Positions 9,012 to 20,919 are shown, numbered from the stretch's first letter. The stretch is 64,000 nt of DNA from an uncultured Candidatus Saccharimonadales bacterium (GCA_964467655.1 CAYXSN010000002.1:27327-91326); one strand, 5' to 3'. The notes: a model not told the origin generated them from the letters alone. Translations and numbers: made by a program.

Positions 9012-11309
9012 ATGGCGGCACATCGCCAGGCAACGCTTCTATTTGAGGAGCAAAGCTCCAGTTCACCGGCTTGCGTCGGAGGCAAGGGAGCCGGTCTGGC
9101 AGCAATGGTAGCTCTCGGGCTACCAGTGCCACCAGGCTTCACCATCCACACGGGCGTTTGCCGCGCCTACCTGCAACACAGTCGGCTGCCACGGCGGCTC
9201 GCTTGGCAGGTGACGCGCAGTCTGGCAAAGCTTGAGCAGGAAACTGGCCGCGAGTTTGGCGATAGTGTCGACCCACTGCTGGTGTCGGTTCGTTCTGGCG
9301 CAGCCGTGTCGATGCCCGGCATGATGGATACAGTCCTCAACCTCGGAATCAATCCCGAAGTTGTGTCTGCCCTCAGCCGTAGGTATGGCGAATGGTTTGC
9401 GTACGATACTTTCAGACGATTCCTCGCCATGTACGGCGAAGTCGTTATGGGTGTCGATGCCGGACTACTCAAGCTGCCCCATGAATTGGCCAAGCTCGAC
9501 GCCGGCGGTAACGCCGTGAGCGCCGATGCCTTGGAGATTGTCTGCGTCGAGATGCTTGAGCTCATCGAAATGGAAACCGGTTCGCCTGTTCCCGTCGATC
9601 CTCGTGAGCAGCTCGACAATGCGATTACTGCTGTGTTCAGGTCTTGGAACAGTGAGCGGGCCATTGCCTATCGGCAGGCCCACGGACTCAACCATGCCGC
9701 CGGCACTGCAGTGAATGTGCAGGCCATGGTGTATGGCAACCGCGATGAAGCTTCGGCTTCCGGCGTGGTCTTTAGCTCAAACCCCACCACCGGCCAGCCA
9801 GGTCTCTTCGGAGAATTTCTGGTACAGGCGCAGGGTGAGGATGTCGTAGCTGGAGCCAGTAAGCCTTTGCCAATTAGTCACTTGGCAGACTGGAATCAGC
9901 AGATCAGCACCGAGCTAGCTGCTCACGTCAGCCACTTGGCGACCTTGCATGGCGAAGTTGTCGACGTTGAGTTTACCGTCGAGTCTGGGCGTCTCTACAT
10001 CCTGCAGGTCAGGGCCGCCAAGCAAACCTTGGTGGCTCGGGTAACCCAAGCTGTCCACCGCGTGTGGTCGGGCGAAATTGCCCGCGAAGACGCCGTAAGC
10101 CTTTTTACTGCTGACGAGTTCATGCAACTCAAAGTCGCTTGCGTTGATAAGGATACGTTGAAGGACGTCCTCGTCGTGCTTGGCAACGGGATAGCTGTGT
10201 CTCCTGGCGCTGCTACAGGCGTTGTGGTCGACTCATCAGCAGATGCATGTGAACTGGCAGCCACGGGGCAATCAGTGGTGCTCGTGCGTTGTGAAACGAG
10301 CCCCGATGATTTACCAGGCATGTTGGTAGCCAGCGCCATCGTCACTTTTGCCGGCGGCACTACCTGCCATGCAGCAGTGGTGGCCAGAGAAATCGGGCGC
10401 CCATGTGTGGTAAATGCTCAGCTTCATCGGAGACTGCGTCCGGGCATGGCAGTAACTGTCGACGGCACCTCGGGATCTATTTACCGGGGCCGTTTACCAC
10501 TCACCAATGCCCGGCCGACCAAAGAAGTGGCCATCCTCATGAAGTGGAAGCAAGGCACGGCCTACCAGCCGCGACTCAACTTCGACTTGATGAAAGAGCA
10601 CCATTCAGTGAACCGCATGGCGACAGACTTCTACTCGGTCGACGCCATGTGGCAATGTAGCCGCGGAACCGCACTGGAAGACCTCTGCTATCAGAAGCGT
10701 CAAAAGGTCCACATTGATGCCGCTGAATTTTTGGCCACGTATGTGGCTGTAGCGGTAGCTGGTGAACTACGCCATTACGCACGATCGAACGACAATGTTG
10801 ACCTGGAAGCGCATCCGCACATCAGTCATCTCCGGCAGAAGTTCGGGTTGATTGCCGTGTCTGAGTGCCTTGGTGATGAAAGGGCACACAAGCGGCAATA
10901 CGCGCAAGAGCAAATTGCTAGCGCTTTAAGAACCATGGACGTAGCAAGTCAGATAGAGTTCTTTGAAACCGCGGTTTTGGCCTTCGAATCCAGGTTATTC
11001 GGGGGATCGTACGGTGGCGAGATGTGGGCTCAAATTGCTCGCGCTGGAGCCATGTTCCTGCGGGGCGAAATGCCGCCAACAGTGGCGGCTGACCACATCT
11101 TCGACCTGCGGCACAACTGCGGCCGCATCTTCGATAAGCATCCTATGGCGAGCGATTTGACGCGTGAGGGCGATTTGGGCCATCAGCTTGATTACAAGCG
11201 ATCAGTTCCTGACATCAAAGAGCTGTGGTCAAAACTCAATTTCTATGGTCGTGCAAGCGACCAAATCACTGAACTGTGGCACCATGGTCAGAGTTCTGAT
11301 CTATGGTAA
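9012..11309 (+). CDS. PEP-utilising enzyme family protein: PPDK-type N-terminal ATP-binding domain + phospho-His swivel domain + unassigned about 280-aa C-terminal domain
   Basis: N-terminus VGGKGAGLAAM...PVPPGF (PEP synthase / pyruvate phosphate dikinase nucleotide-binding domain). Central GGTTCHAAVVAREIGRPCVV mobile His domain. GGAAGGAG RBS before the ATG at 9012. Confidence 0.75.
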   Translation: MAAHRQATLLFEEQSSSSPACVGGKGAGLAAMVALGLPVPPGFTIHTGVCRAYLQHSRLPRRLAWQVTRSLAKLEQETGREFGDSVDPLLVSVRSGAAVSMPGMMDTVLNLGINPEVVSALSRRYGEWFAYDTFRRFLAMYGEVVMGVDAGLLKLPHELAKLDAGGNAVSADALEIVCVEMLELIEMETGSPVPVDPREQLDNAITAVFRSWNSERAIAYRQAHGLNHAAGTAVNVQAMVYGNRDEASASGVVFSSNPTTGQPGLFGEFLVQAQGEDVVAGASKPLPISHLADWNQQISTELAAHVSHLATLHGEVVDVEFTVESGRLYILQVRAAKQTLVARVTQAVHRVWSGEIAREDAVSLFTADEFMQLKVACVDKDTLKDVLVVLGNGIAVSPGAATGVVVDSSADACELAATGQSVVLVRCETSPDDLPGMLVASAIVTFAGGTTCHAAVVAREIGRPCVVNAQLHRRLRPGMAVTVDGTSGSIYRGRLPLTNARPTKEVAILMKWKQGTAYQPRLNFDLMKEHHSVNRMATDFYSVDAMWQCSRGTALEDLCYQKRQKVHIDAAEFLATYVAVAVAGELRHYARSNDNVDLEAHPHISHLRQKFGLIAVSECLGDERAHKRQYAQEQIASALRTMDVASQIEFFETAVLAFESRLFGGSYGGEMWAQIARAGAMFLRGEMPPTVAADHIFDLRHNCGRIFDKHPMASDLTREGDLGHQLDYKRSVPDIKELWSKLNFYGRASDQITELWHHGQSSDLW

Positions 11310-11337
11310 AACCCATCAAGTCTGCTTGGAGGCAGCC

Positions 11338-11964
11338 ATGACGAACAGGCGACCGCGCAGCGGAAACAACACAAGAAGGCGGAGCGGACCCTATAGTACG
11401 GGTCAGGTTATGCCTCGTAGTGCGATTGCGGATCAGCTCCTCGCCCTTCACGGCTGGCGCGACCACGAACCGCATCTGGGAGATAAGCCCGTTAGTATTG
11501 GCGGTCGCCATATTTGGGCCGCCGGAACCACTTATGGGGCACAGATGACCGGAGGAAGGTTGCCGCACTTTGACGCGTATGTCGCACTTGACAACGTAAG
11601 TGTAGTAGGTCATAATGAGACAGTTCTGGCATTTCCGCTGACTGATTTCGGCGGTGTGCCCGAGGGTTGGCTTGACTTACTCATGGCGGATATCGTTCCA
11701 GATATGAGGAACGGCTATAGGCTGTGCGTGTTCTGCGTTGGCGGCCATGGTCGGACCGGCACGGTACTGGCGTCGCTGATCGCCATTCTGGAATCGGAGT
11801 TCGACACTCCTGACCCCATTCAGGCAATCCGCGAGCGCTACTGTTATCGGGCAGTCGAAACCCTGGAGCAGGCTGAGGGCATCTTCGCCCTCCGTGGCCA
11901 GCAGCTGCCTGAGCGCTGGAGGAAAAGCCTCATGCCTCGACAGTCAATGCTTCCTAGGTACTAA
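11338..11964 (+). CDS. protein-tyrosine / dual-specificity phosphatase-like protein
   Basis: CX5R P-loop FCVGGHGRTG with an upstream acidic loop. GGAGG RBS 5 nt before the ATG. Confidence 0.6.
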   Translation: MTNRRPRSGNNTRRRSGPYSTGQVMPRSAIADQLLALHGWRDHEPHLGDKPVSIGGRHIWAAGTTYGAQMTGGRLPHFDAYVALDNVSVVGHNETVLAFPLTDFGGVPEGWLDLLMADIVPDMRNGYRLCVFCVGGHGRTGTVLASLIAILESEFDTPDPIQAIRERYCYRAVETLEQAEGIFALRGQQLPERWRKSLMPRQSMLPRY

Positions 11965-12089
11965 GTAGATCAGTTCGACGAGAACTGACACCCAACGGCG
12001 CCCACGCGCCGAACGTTTCACCCCCGACCATGCGTGGGCAACTTGGTCACGACCAATCATGTACGTTCACAAATTGTGAGGAGTGTCGC

Positions 12090-12710
12090 ATGACCGCTCA
12101 GACATTCGAGAATCCGTGGTTGATGGCTGGTACCGAAGGTACCGACAAGTACTACGTAGTCATCGCCACCGGCACCAAGCGCGTTGGCATTCGGGAGTAC
12201 GCTCCCGGCTACTTCCGCGTTCGCGTGGAGGTAGGCGACAAGTACAAGGGCCTGAGCGAGCGCCTCACGCGCGACACCGGCTGGAAGCAGCCGGGTGACA
12301 GCGGTGAGCAGCGCTTCTCGAAGACGACCTGCGCCGACGGCCTCGCCGCTGTGCTGGCCGAGGTCTTCGGGGCACTCAAGATCCAGCTCAATCCCAGGCT
12401 GGTGCCGGCCCTGGCCGCCGCGGCCCACGCCAAGGCGTTTGGAGTGCCGGAGGCGGAGGTTTCCGAGCCTCAGCCTCTGGTCGCCGAACCGGCTGCACCT
12501 GCCGCCGACGAGGCTCCCACCGAGGAGTCCGAGGTCCAGGAGCCGGCCGCAGCCACGGAGGCCACGCAGCTCGACGAGCTCGTCGAGCGCATGCTCGAAG
12601 GTATGGCGGCTGTTGCCACCGAAGCAACCGCCACGGCCGCCATGGTGCAGGACGTCTACCGGGCTGCCGTTGCTGCCGCCAAGGAGCGGCTGGACGCCTA
12701 CCGTTTCTGA
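12090..12710 (+). CDS. hypothetical protein (high-GC, Ala/Glu/Pro-rich C-terminus)
   Basis: GAGGAG RBS. GC is clearly higher than the flanks, and long ORFs on both strands are a typical high-GC artefact. No recognisable domain. Confidence 0.4.
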   Translation: MTAQTFENPWLMAGTEGTDKYYVVIATGTKRVGIREYAPGYFRVRVEVGDKYKGLSERLTRDTGWKQPGDSGEQRFSKTTCADGLAAVLAEVFGALKIQLNPRLVPALAAAAHAKAFGVPEAEVSEPQPLVAEPAAPAADEAPTEESEVQEPAAATEATQLDELVERMLEGMAAVATEATATAAMVQDVYRAAVAAAKERLDAYRF

Positions 12711-13307
12711 CAACACCAACCCATCGGATCTAAGGAGGTAGTCATATGACTGCCATGATCAATGGTCGGGCGCCGCCGGTTATCCCGGCCGGACGGGTCG
12801 GTGTACACTAGCCGAAGCAGCCAGCTTGGCTACGTGGTACATCACCTGAAAGGTCTCGGGACCGGCACTTGCAGTCTGCAGGACCGGTTCACGGCCGCGG
12901 CGGAGAGTGGTCGATAGATACCCATGTGAGCAATGGGACTCCGAATGGTGCTCGCCCTACAGCGAGACGGTATCCTGATCCGTGATCAGGCGTTACGGAG
13001 CAACTGTCAAGCGCCGTAATGATAGGGTTTGGATGCTCAATTCAAACCCCAATGCACGGGACTGGTCCTGTGTGAACACAAGTGGCGCCTTGCCAGCGCC
13101 CGCGGTGACAGGCAACGTTGCCATAGTTGCTTACGGAAGGCATCTGGCAATGCAAGTGGCAATTGGCCAGCAGACATGGATTGTTTGCTAGGCGGTGGCG
13201 CGTGTAATACTGGACTAGCCGGGACGCCGGACCCAGTAGAAGCGCCTGCCGCGACAGCGGTCAATACGACATTCCGACTATACTAATAGAGGGCTTCGGC
13301 TCTCGCG

Positions 13308-13363
13308 CCCCTCCGATGGAGGGGCCGGGGGTGCTGGTTATGCCAGCACCCCCATTTCTTTAT
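13308..13363. terminator. tandem GC-rich hairpins with flanking T-tract (bidirectional terminator candidate)
   Basis: cccctccgatggagggg followed by gggggtgctggttatgccagcaccccc and then atttctttattc. Lies between the photolyase 3-prime end and the upstream plus-strand genes. Confidence 0.45.
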
Positions 13364-13372
13364 TCACAGTCT

Positions 13373-14824
13373 TTAGCTTACCCGATACCGTTCAATAGCT
13401 GCCTGCCGGGCTAAGGCGTGGTCCACCACTGGCGCCGGATAATCACGCCCAATCACACAACCGGCCGCCTGCTGCACCTCAAGTGGCATCTCCCACGGCC
13501 TGGCCAAATACGCTAAGGGCACCCGGGCCAGCTCTGGCACATAGCGTCGTACATAGGCTCCTGTCGGGTCGTAACGTTCCTGCTGGGTCATAGGATTGTA
13601 CAGCCGCCGGAACATGGGCGCCGGATCCACTCCCACCGAGGCAATCCATTGCCAATTGCCGTTGTTGTTGGCCGTATCGCCGTCAATCAAATGCCTCATG
13701 AAATGAGCCTCGCCAATGCGCCAATCCAGACCCAAATCTTTGGTGAGAAACGAACCCACAATCAGCCGAGCCCGGTTGTGCATGTAGGCTTCAGTCAACA
13801 ATTGCCGCATAGCAGCATCGACGATAGGATACCCTGTGCGGCCCTCGCGCCAGGCTTCTGCCAGCCCGTCATCGGTTTCCCAGGCTAGCCTACGGTAGCG
13901 CTCCTGAAATTCGAGCTGAGCGTTATCTGGAAAATGCCCCAGTACATAATGATAAAAATCCCGCCACGCCAGTTGCCGCCGGAACGCTACGGCGCCGTCG
14001 GTCTTGTGTGGGTTGGCACCCGCTTCGAGAACGGCAGCCTCTATTTCGCGCGCCGACAGTACCCCAAAATGCAAATCGGCGGACAAGCGCGAAGTGGCAT
14101 CGGCCGCCAAATCATCGTGAAGCTCATGATATCGGCCAATCCGTTGCTCCAGGAATTGCCGCAGTCGGGCTGCGGCTGCCTGCCGACCACCGGCCGCCTG
14201 CTTGGCCGGAGCGCTCGACCCGGTAGCCGGATGAAGTGCCTTCAGTTTGCTCATACTGGCTACAGCTGCCGTTTGCCACGCAGCCGGCAGGCGTGGGAGT
14301 GATGGAATCGAAAGGACCGGCCGGCGGGGCTGGTTGAGCCAGGACTTGTAAAACGGCGTAAACACCTGGTACGGTCGGCCACTGCCGCTCATGAGCAGTT
14401 CAGGCTGGTCCACTATGAGCCGGCCTGGTAACCACCGGATGCCACCACCCGTTGAGCGAACAGCAGTGGCCACCGCTTCATCGCGCCGACGGGCAAACGG
14501 CGTGAAATCAGTGGACGCCAACACAATCTGGGCGCCGGTTTGGTGCATGAGTTCCGGCAACACCGCAGCGGGCCGGCCACTTCTGATAATGAGTCCGCTC
14601 CCACATGCGGCTAGGGCCGTATGCAATTCAATCAGACATTGGCGCAAGCACCGGTTACGATTGGCACTGGCCGAGGGTCCGGTGACCAATCGTTCATCCA
14701 AGATGAACACCGGATAAACCTCGTCGCCCAGATCACAGGCAGCCGAGAGAGCCGGTTGGTCGGCTAGTCGTAAGTCGTTTCGAAACCACACTATCGTTTT
14801 GGTCATATGAGCCATTGTAGCCAA
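13373..14824 (-). CDS. phr: deoxyribodipyrimidine photolyase
   Basis: N-terminal VWFRNDLRL alpha/beta domain; FAD-binding domain with DGDTANNNGNWQW and WREFY-like motifs. Confidence 0.85.
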   Translation of the reverse strand: MATMAHMTKTIVWFRNDLRLADQPALSAACDLGDEVYPVFILDERLVTGPSASANRNRCLRQCLIELHTALAACGSGLIIRSGRPAAVLPELMHQTGAQIVLASTDFTPFARRRDEAVATAVRSTGGGIRWLPGRLIVDQPELLMSGSGRPYQVFTPFYKSWLNQPRRPVLSIPSLPRLPAAWQTAAVASMSKLKALHPATGSSAPAKQAAGGRQAAAARLRQFLEQRIGRYHELHDDLAADATSRLSADLHFGVLSAREIEAAVLEAGANPHKTDGAVAFRRQLAWRDFYHYVLGHFPDNAQLEFQERYRRLAWETDDGLAEAWREGRTGYPIVDAAMRQLLTEAYMHNRARLIVGSFLTKDLGLDWRIGEAHFMRHLIDGDTANNNGNWQWIASVGVDPAPMFRRLYNPMTQQERYDPTGAYVRRYVPELARVPLAYLARPWEMPLEVQQAAGCVIGRDYPAPVVDHALARQAAIERYRVS

Positions 14825-14853
14825 AGCCGACCGGGCTCACTATACTGATATGT

Positions 14854-16977
14854 ATGAAAATACGTTGGATAGTACCGGTAATATTGGTAGTGGTGTGGCT
14901 CGGACTCGGCGGCTATGGCGGCCCGACATTTGGTAAACTCAAGAGTATCTCGAGCAATGATGAAGCCACGTTTCTACCTCAAAGTGCCGAGTCAACCAAG
15001 GTGCAAGACATCCAGAAACTGTTTGTAGGCGAGCAGACTCTGCCCGCTATTGTTTTGTTTGAATCAAATGACCAGATAGGTCAGGAAGCAACCACCAAAT
15101 TAGCTGGACTGGCAGTCAAATTGGGCACGATTCCCGGCGTGAAACCGGCGGCCGGGCCGGCGGCACCCACCAGCGTAGTCGGGCCAATTCCGTCGGCCGA
15201 TGGCAAAGCCGCTCAGCTCATCGTGCCGATAACCAATACCGATGAAGTCGCAGTCGTCGTCAAGGCAATCAGAGAAACAGTGAAAACAGATACTCCCGCA
15301 GGCTTGAAGACCTATGTTGCCGGCCCGGCTGGGTTTCTAGCCGACCTCACAGGGGCGTTCGGCGGCATTGACGGGCTACTGCTCGTTATAGCCTTGGTAG
15401 CCGTGTTGGTCATCCTGATCGTAGTCTACCGATCAATCATCCTCCCGTTTCTTGTCTTGCTTACGGCTATATTCGCGCTCTGTGCAGCCATTATTGTCAT
15501 CTATGTCCTCGGAAAAGCCGGCGTCATTACGCTCAACGGTCAGAGCCAGGGTATTCTGTCGATCCTGGTGATTGGTGCCGCTACCGATTACGCGCTGCTA
15601 TTTGTCGCCCGGTTCCGTGAAGCCCTCCATCACACGCCATCAGGTTGGGAAGCAGTCCGTCGGGCATGGCGGGCAGCCTTTGAACCGGTGACCGCTTCAG
15701 CTGCCACGGTGGCCGCTGCGCTCTTGTGTCTGTTGTTCTCCGATCTTGGCTCAAACCGTAGCCTCGGTCCGGTTGGGGCTATTGGCATTGTGGCCGCTTG
15801 GTTGGCCGCCGTCACCTTCTTGCCAGCCCTGCTAGCATTGCTCGGCCGGTCGGCTTTTTGGCCGGTGCGACCCAAGCTCATCGATGCCAAGAGCCAGACC
15901 GACGCCATCACTCCATTCTGGCAACGAGTCGGCCGGCTAATCGAAACTCAGCCACGCCGTACCTGGGTGGCCACCCTCGTTATCTTGCTAGCCGCCGCAA
16001 CCGCCGCTCCCATGTTGAAGGCGTCGGGTGTACCTGAGACTAAGCTTCTGTTGGGTGCCTCGGAAGCGGTTGATGGCCAAAGTGCCTTGAGTCGCCACTT
16101 TGACGCTGGCTCAGGCACGCCGGTGGTAATTATTGCCACGAGCAATCGGGCTGAAGCGGTTCGATTAGCTACTGCCGGCACCACTGGTATCAGCCGAGCA
16201 GAACTCTATACCGGCGTCTCAGGACTACCGCCGGCCCTGGCCCAAACCCTGCCCCCGATCGAAAAAGACGGCCAGGTGTTCATCAACGCTACGCTGGCAG
16301 ATGCACCAGATTCAGATGCAGCTGAGGCCACCATCGGTCGCTTGCGCGCTAATCTGCGGGATGTCGATGCCAAAGTTTTAGTGGGTGGTCGCACCGCTAT
16401 TGCCACCGATACCAACGCCACAGCCCAACATGACCTCAAGCTCATCATTCCGATAGTGTTGGCGGTCATACTGGTCATCCTCATGCTTTTGCTGCGGGCG
16501 GTGATAGCCCCGGTCTTGCTGATTGGTACTGTGGTGGTGAGCTATCTGGCGACGCTTGGCGTGTCGGCGCTGGTATTCAATAATGTCTTGGGTCATCCAG
16601 GCGCCGACCCCACAGTACCGCTGTTTGGTTTCGTTTTTCTGGTAGCACTGGGTATTGATTACAATATCTTCCTGATGACCCGGGTCCGCGAAGAAGCCCA
16701 GGCGCACGGTACGTCAGATGGCATCATTCAGGGACTTGGCAAGACGGGTGGCGTCATCACTTCAGCCGGCGTCGTGCTGGCGGCCACCTTTGCGGCCCTC
16801 GGTGTGATCCCGATATTGTTCTTGGTCCAACTGGCCTTCATTGTGGCCTTTGGTGTGTTGCTCGACACCGTTCTAGTCCGGTCGCTGCTGGTGCCAGCCC
16901 TGAGCTACGACATCGGCCGCTTTATCTGGTGGCCGTCGCGTTTGTCGCGCCCTGTGGTACCATCAAAGAACAAGTAG
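14854..16977 (+). CDS. MmpL-family RND membrane transporter
   Basis: About 700 aa, 12-TM topology with two periplasmic loops; GxxxDYxxF-type motifs (GAATDYALLF, GIDYNIFL). Confidence 0.8.
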   Translation: MKIRWIVPVILVVVWLGLGGYGGPTFGKLKSISSNDEATFLPQSAESTKVQDIQKLFVGEQTLPAIVLFESNDQIGQEATTKLAGLAVKLGTIPGVKPAAGPAAPTSVVGPIPSADGKAAQLIVPITNTDEVAVVVKAIRETVKTDTPAGLKTYVAGPAGFLADLTGAFGGIDGLLLVIALVAVLVILIVVYRSIILPFLVLLTAIFALCAAIIVIYVLGKAGVITLNGQSQGILSILVIGAATDYALLFVARFREALHHTPSGWEAVRRAWRAAFEPVTASAATVAAALLCLLFSDLGSNRSLGPVGAIGIVAAWLAAVTFLPALLALLGRSAFWPVRPKLIDAKSQTDAITPFWQRVGRLIETQPRRTWVATLVILLAAATAAPMLKASGVPETKLLLGASEAVDGQSALSRHFDAGSGTPVVIIATSNRAEAVRLATAGTTGISRAELYTGVSGLPPALAQTLPPIEKDGQVFINATLADAPDSDAAEATIGRLRANLRDVDAKVLVGGRTAIATDTNATAQHDLKLIIPIVLAVILVILMLLLRAVIAPVLLIGTVVVSYLATLGVSALVFNNVLGHPGADPTVPLFGFVFLVALGIDYNIFLMTRVREEAQAHGTSDGIIQGLGKTGGVITSAGVVLAATFAALGVIPILFLVQLAFIVAFGVLLDTVLVRSLLVPALSYDIGRFIWWPSRLSRPVVPSKNK

Positions 16978-16998
16978 CATAAGGATTTTAATAAACCA

Positions 16999-17256
16999 AT
17001 GGCTGACACGACTGAGTCGATGGAAAGTACCGCAACCGCTGTACCGGTAAATACCAAAACCAAAGCCAAACCAAAGCCCAAGTTTGAAGCCGAAGACAAT
17101 TTTCTATCTGAGGCCATAGCCCCGCCCCGCAAGCATCTCACGTATCAGGATGGTTTCAGGCTCGGCGTCGGCATGACGATAGGCTTTCTGTTTATCGCAG
17201 TCATCTTGGGCGGGCTGACGTTTGGGGCTGTCGTGGCACTACGTTTCTTGCAGTAA
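16999..17256 (+). CDS. small membrane protein downstream of mmpL
   Basis: 85 aa, Lys-rich N-terminus and one C-terminal TM helix. Confidence 0.35.
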   Translation: MADTTESMESTATAVPVNTKTKAKPKPKFEAEDNFLSEAIAPPRKHLTYQDGFRLGVGMTIGFLFIAVILGGLTFGAVVALRFLQ

Positions 17257-17308
17257 CCTTGCGCAACACTGGCAAATTTGCTAGATTATGTTCTGTTAGT
17301 TTCATTGC

Positions 17309-18921
<1,613 letters not shown>

Positions 18922-19250
18922 TCAATTCCTTCCAGATTGCAAACACAAACATTACCCATCACGCCGCTCCAAGTCGAGCTTTTTGCGCCTTTGGGCCTCA
19001 AACATGTCGAATAGCATGGCTGCTAGTTTATCGAGCGCCTGCTGTTCAGCCTCACTTACTTGTTTGGCGGCTTTACCGCTCAATTAGGATCTCCCAGCTA
19101 AGTGCTGTTCAATCCCTTCCAGAATGTTCCTATTATCTCAAGCTGTGCTTACTCGATCCAGCCTTGTATTTGTTTGCTGGCCTGGTGAAAAGATGTCGTT
19201 ATGCTACCACCTTGCCATCCTCCCCAACCTAAGCTAAAACACAACACGCT

Positions 19251-19673
19251 ATGCCTGAGGTTTACGAGAACACCAACAACATCGCCGCTTCGATTTGCTT
19301 TCGTCTACGGCCTATTTTGGGCCACGGCAGCGTGGTAATTGTGTGCGACGCGCCAGATAGGTTGATACCCGAAGTAAGGCGTTTGTGGGGTCGCCTGACG
19401 CGCCTGGAGCAGGATCAGCGCCGCCGTACCGACGACGTGTTGATGATCACAAAGCTCACCGATGAAATCGTAGCAATGCAGCATCTTTGGTTCGGGACTG
19501 ACGAGCTGGATTGCCCAGTGCGCTTCATGACCGTCGAGCAGTTTCGGGAGCAGCCATACCTAGCCCGCACTTTGTTTGTTGCGTGTGATCTGGATAGGGA
19601 AGCATTGGATGATCTAGTTGGGTACATGCCGCCGAAGTCACTCGTCGTAGCCTTTGGTGCGCGACGTGGCTAG
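19251..19673 (+). CDS. hypothetical protein (element-encoded)
   Basis: 140 aa, no motif recognised. Confidence 0.35.
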   Translation: MPEVYENTNNIAASICFRLRPILGHGSVVIVCDAPDRLIPEVRRLWGRLTRLEQDQRRRTDDVLMITKLTDEIVAMQHLWFGTDELDCPVRFMTVEQFREQPYLARTLFVACDLDREALDDLVGYMPPKSLVVAFGARRG

Positions 19674-20101
19674 TGAAGCCGCCCCATCAAAAGATCGGAT
19701 AAAGCTGGCTCGGAAACTAGCTGCCGTATATGTGGCGGCTGTAGCATTACAATCGGCTCTTGAAGAAGTTGAAGGCCAAATGCCGGATGTTTCAGTCGAA
19801 CTTAAGGGCAGTACATTTAGCGTTCGGGCTGGGAATATTCGTTATGGCAGCAAGTTTGATGGGATATAACACATGGAAATAAGACTCACCAAGAAAGAAC
19901 TCGACCTCCTCCGGCTCGGTCTATCTTGCATCTCAATCGTCTCCACGAACTGGACGGCGGCCGAGAAACTCTCCGCGAAATTGCTCAAAGCCAAACAATC
20001 AGGTGTCACTAATAAGCGACGCGCATCCGAATCTGAGGCGAAACTTTGATTTGGCCCTATATGGGGCTAGAATGTCATTATTTACTGGAAGGATACTCAT
20101 A

Positions 20102-20632
20102 ATGCCTGAAACTACACCGGAACCTGTTAAGAAGAAAAGCTGGTTTGCCCGTCATAAAGTACTCACAGTTCTCGGAGCGCTCTTCATCATCGGAATTATT
20201 GGCAATATGGGCAATAAAGATGCCACTAAAACAGCCTCAAATGCGACTCCCGCACCCAGCGCTGCTGTAGCTGGAGCAGCTACTCAGTCGGCCCAAACCC
20301 CAACCGCAACCCCTACACCCAAAGTCCCCGCCGAATATGTATCCGCTCTGGCTCAAGCTGAGACTTACTCAGGCACGATGCACCTATCTAAGGCTGGCAT
20401 TTACGATCAACTCACCTCGGAATATGGCGGCAAGTTCACCGCTCCTGCAGCCCAATACGCAATCGACACCGTGAAGGCTGATTGGAAGGCAAACGCGCTG
20501 GCTCAGGCGAAGACTTACCAGAATACTATGCACTTATCGCCAGCCGCTGTTCGCGATCAACTGGTATCCGATGCCGGTGGTAAATTCTTGCCAGCCGAGG
20601 CGGACTACGCAGTCGCTCACCTTAACGATTAG
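20102..20632 (+). CDS. Ltp-family host-cell-surface lipoprotein (superinfection exclusion-like), two Ltp repeats
   Basis: N-terminal TM/signal anchor. Two repeats: A..AQAETYSGTMHLSKAGIYDQLTSEYGGKFTAPAAQYAIDTV and ALAQAKTYQNTMHLSPAAVRDQLVSDAGGKFLPAEADYAVAHL. GGAAGGA RBS. Confidence 0.6.
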   Translation: MPETTPEPVKKKSWFARHKVLTVLGALFIIGIIGNMGNKDATKTASNATPAPSAAVAGAATQSAQTPTATPTPKVPAEYVSALAQAETYSGTMHLSKAGIYDQLTSEYGGKFTAPAAQYAIDTVKADWKANALAQAKTYQNTMHLSPAAVRDQLVSDAGGKFLPAEADYAVAHLND

Positions 20633-20643
20633 AGGAGGTCGCT

Positions 20644-20919
20644 ATGAATTGGATACTCTCACTCCTGATCGGAATAGGTGTCGGCTGGTTCGTTGCCTGG
20701 CAATACTACACTCGCAAAACCGCAGAGCTGCTCGGTGATGGGTTCAAGGAAATGACCGAGGATTTCTTCAGCGCTCATCAGGAATGGGCTGAGCAAGAGG
20801 CTGACACGGTTTTACTCCGCCAGAGTCGGCCTGACTTGTCATTTCGTCCACATGAGCTACACGCTCAGGCGTTCGTTAATGCAGCCGCCAAAGCTCGGCA
20901 TCGGCGCGAGAACGGCTAG
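20644..20919 (+). CDS. small membrane protein
   Basis: N-terminal TM (ILSLLIGIGVGWFVAWQYY); 91 aa. Confidence 0.35.
   Translation: MNWILSLLIGIGVGWFVAWQYYTRKTAELLGDGFKEMTEDFFSAHQEWAEQEADTVLLRQSRPDLSFRPHELHAQAFVNAAAKARHRRENG

Noticed and set aside
12057-12741. 220-aa minus-strand ORF and 148-aa Arg/Pro-rich plus-strand ORF overlapping the 12090..12710 gene
   Set aside because: Long open frames on every strand are expected in this >65% GC segment. The Arg/Pro-rich compositions are typical of out-of-frame translation. I kept the frame that has an RBS.
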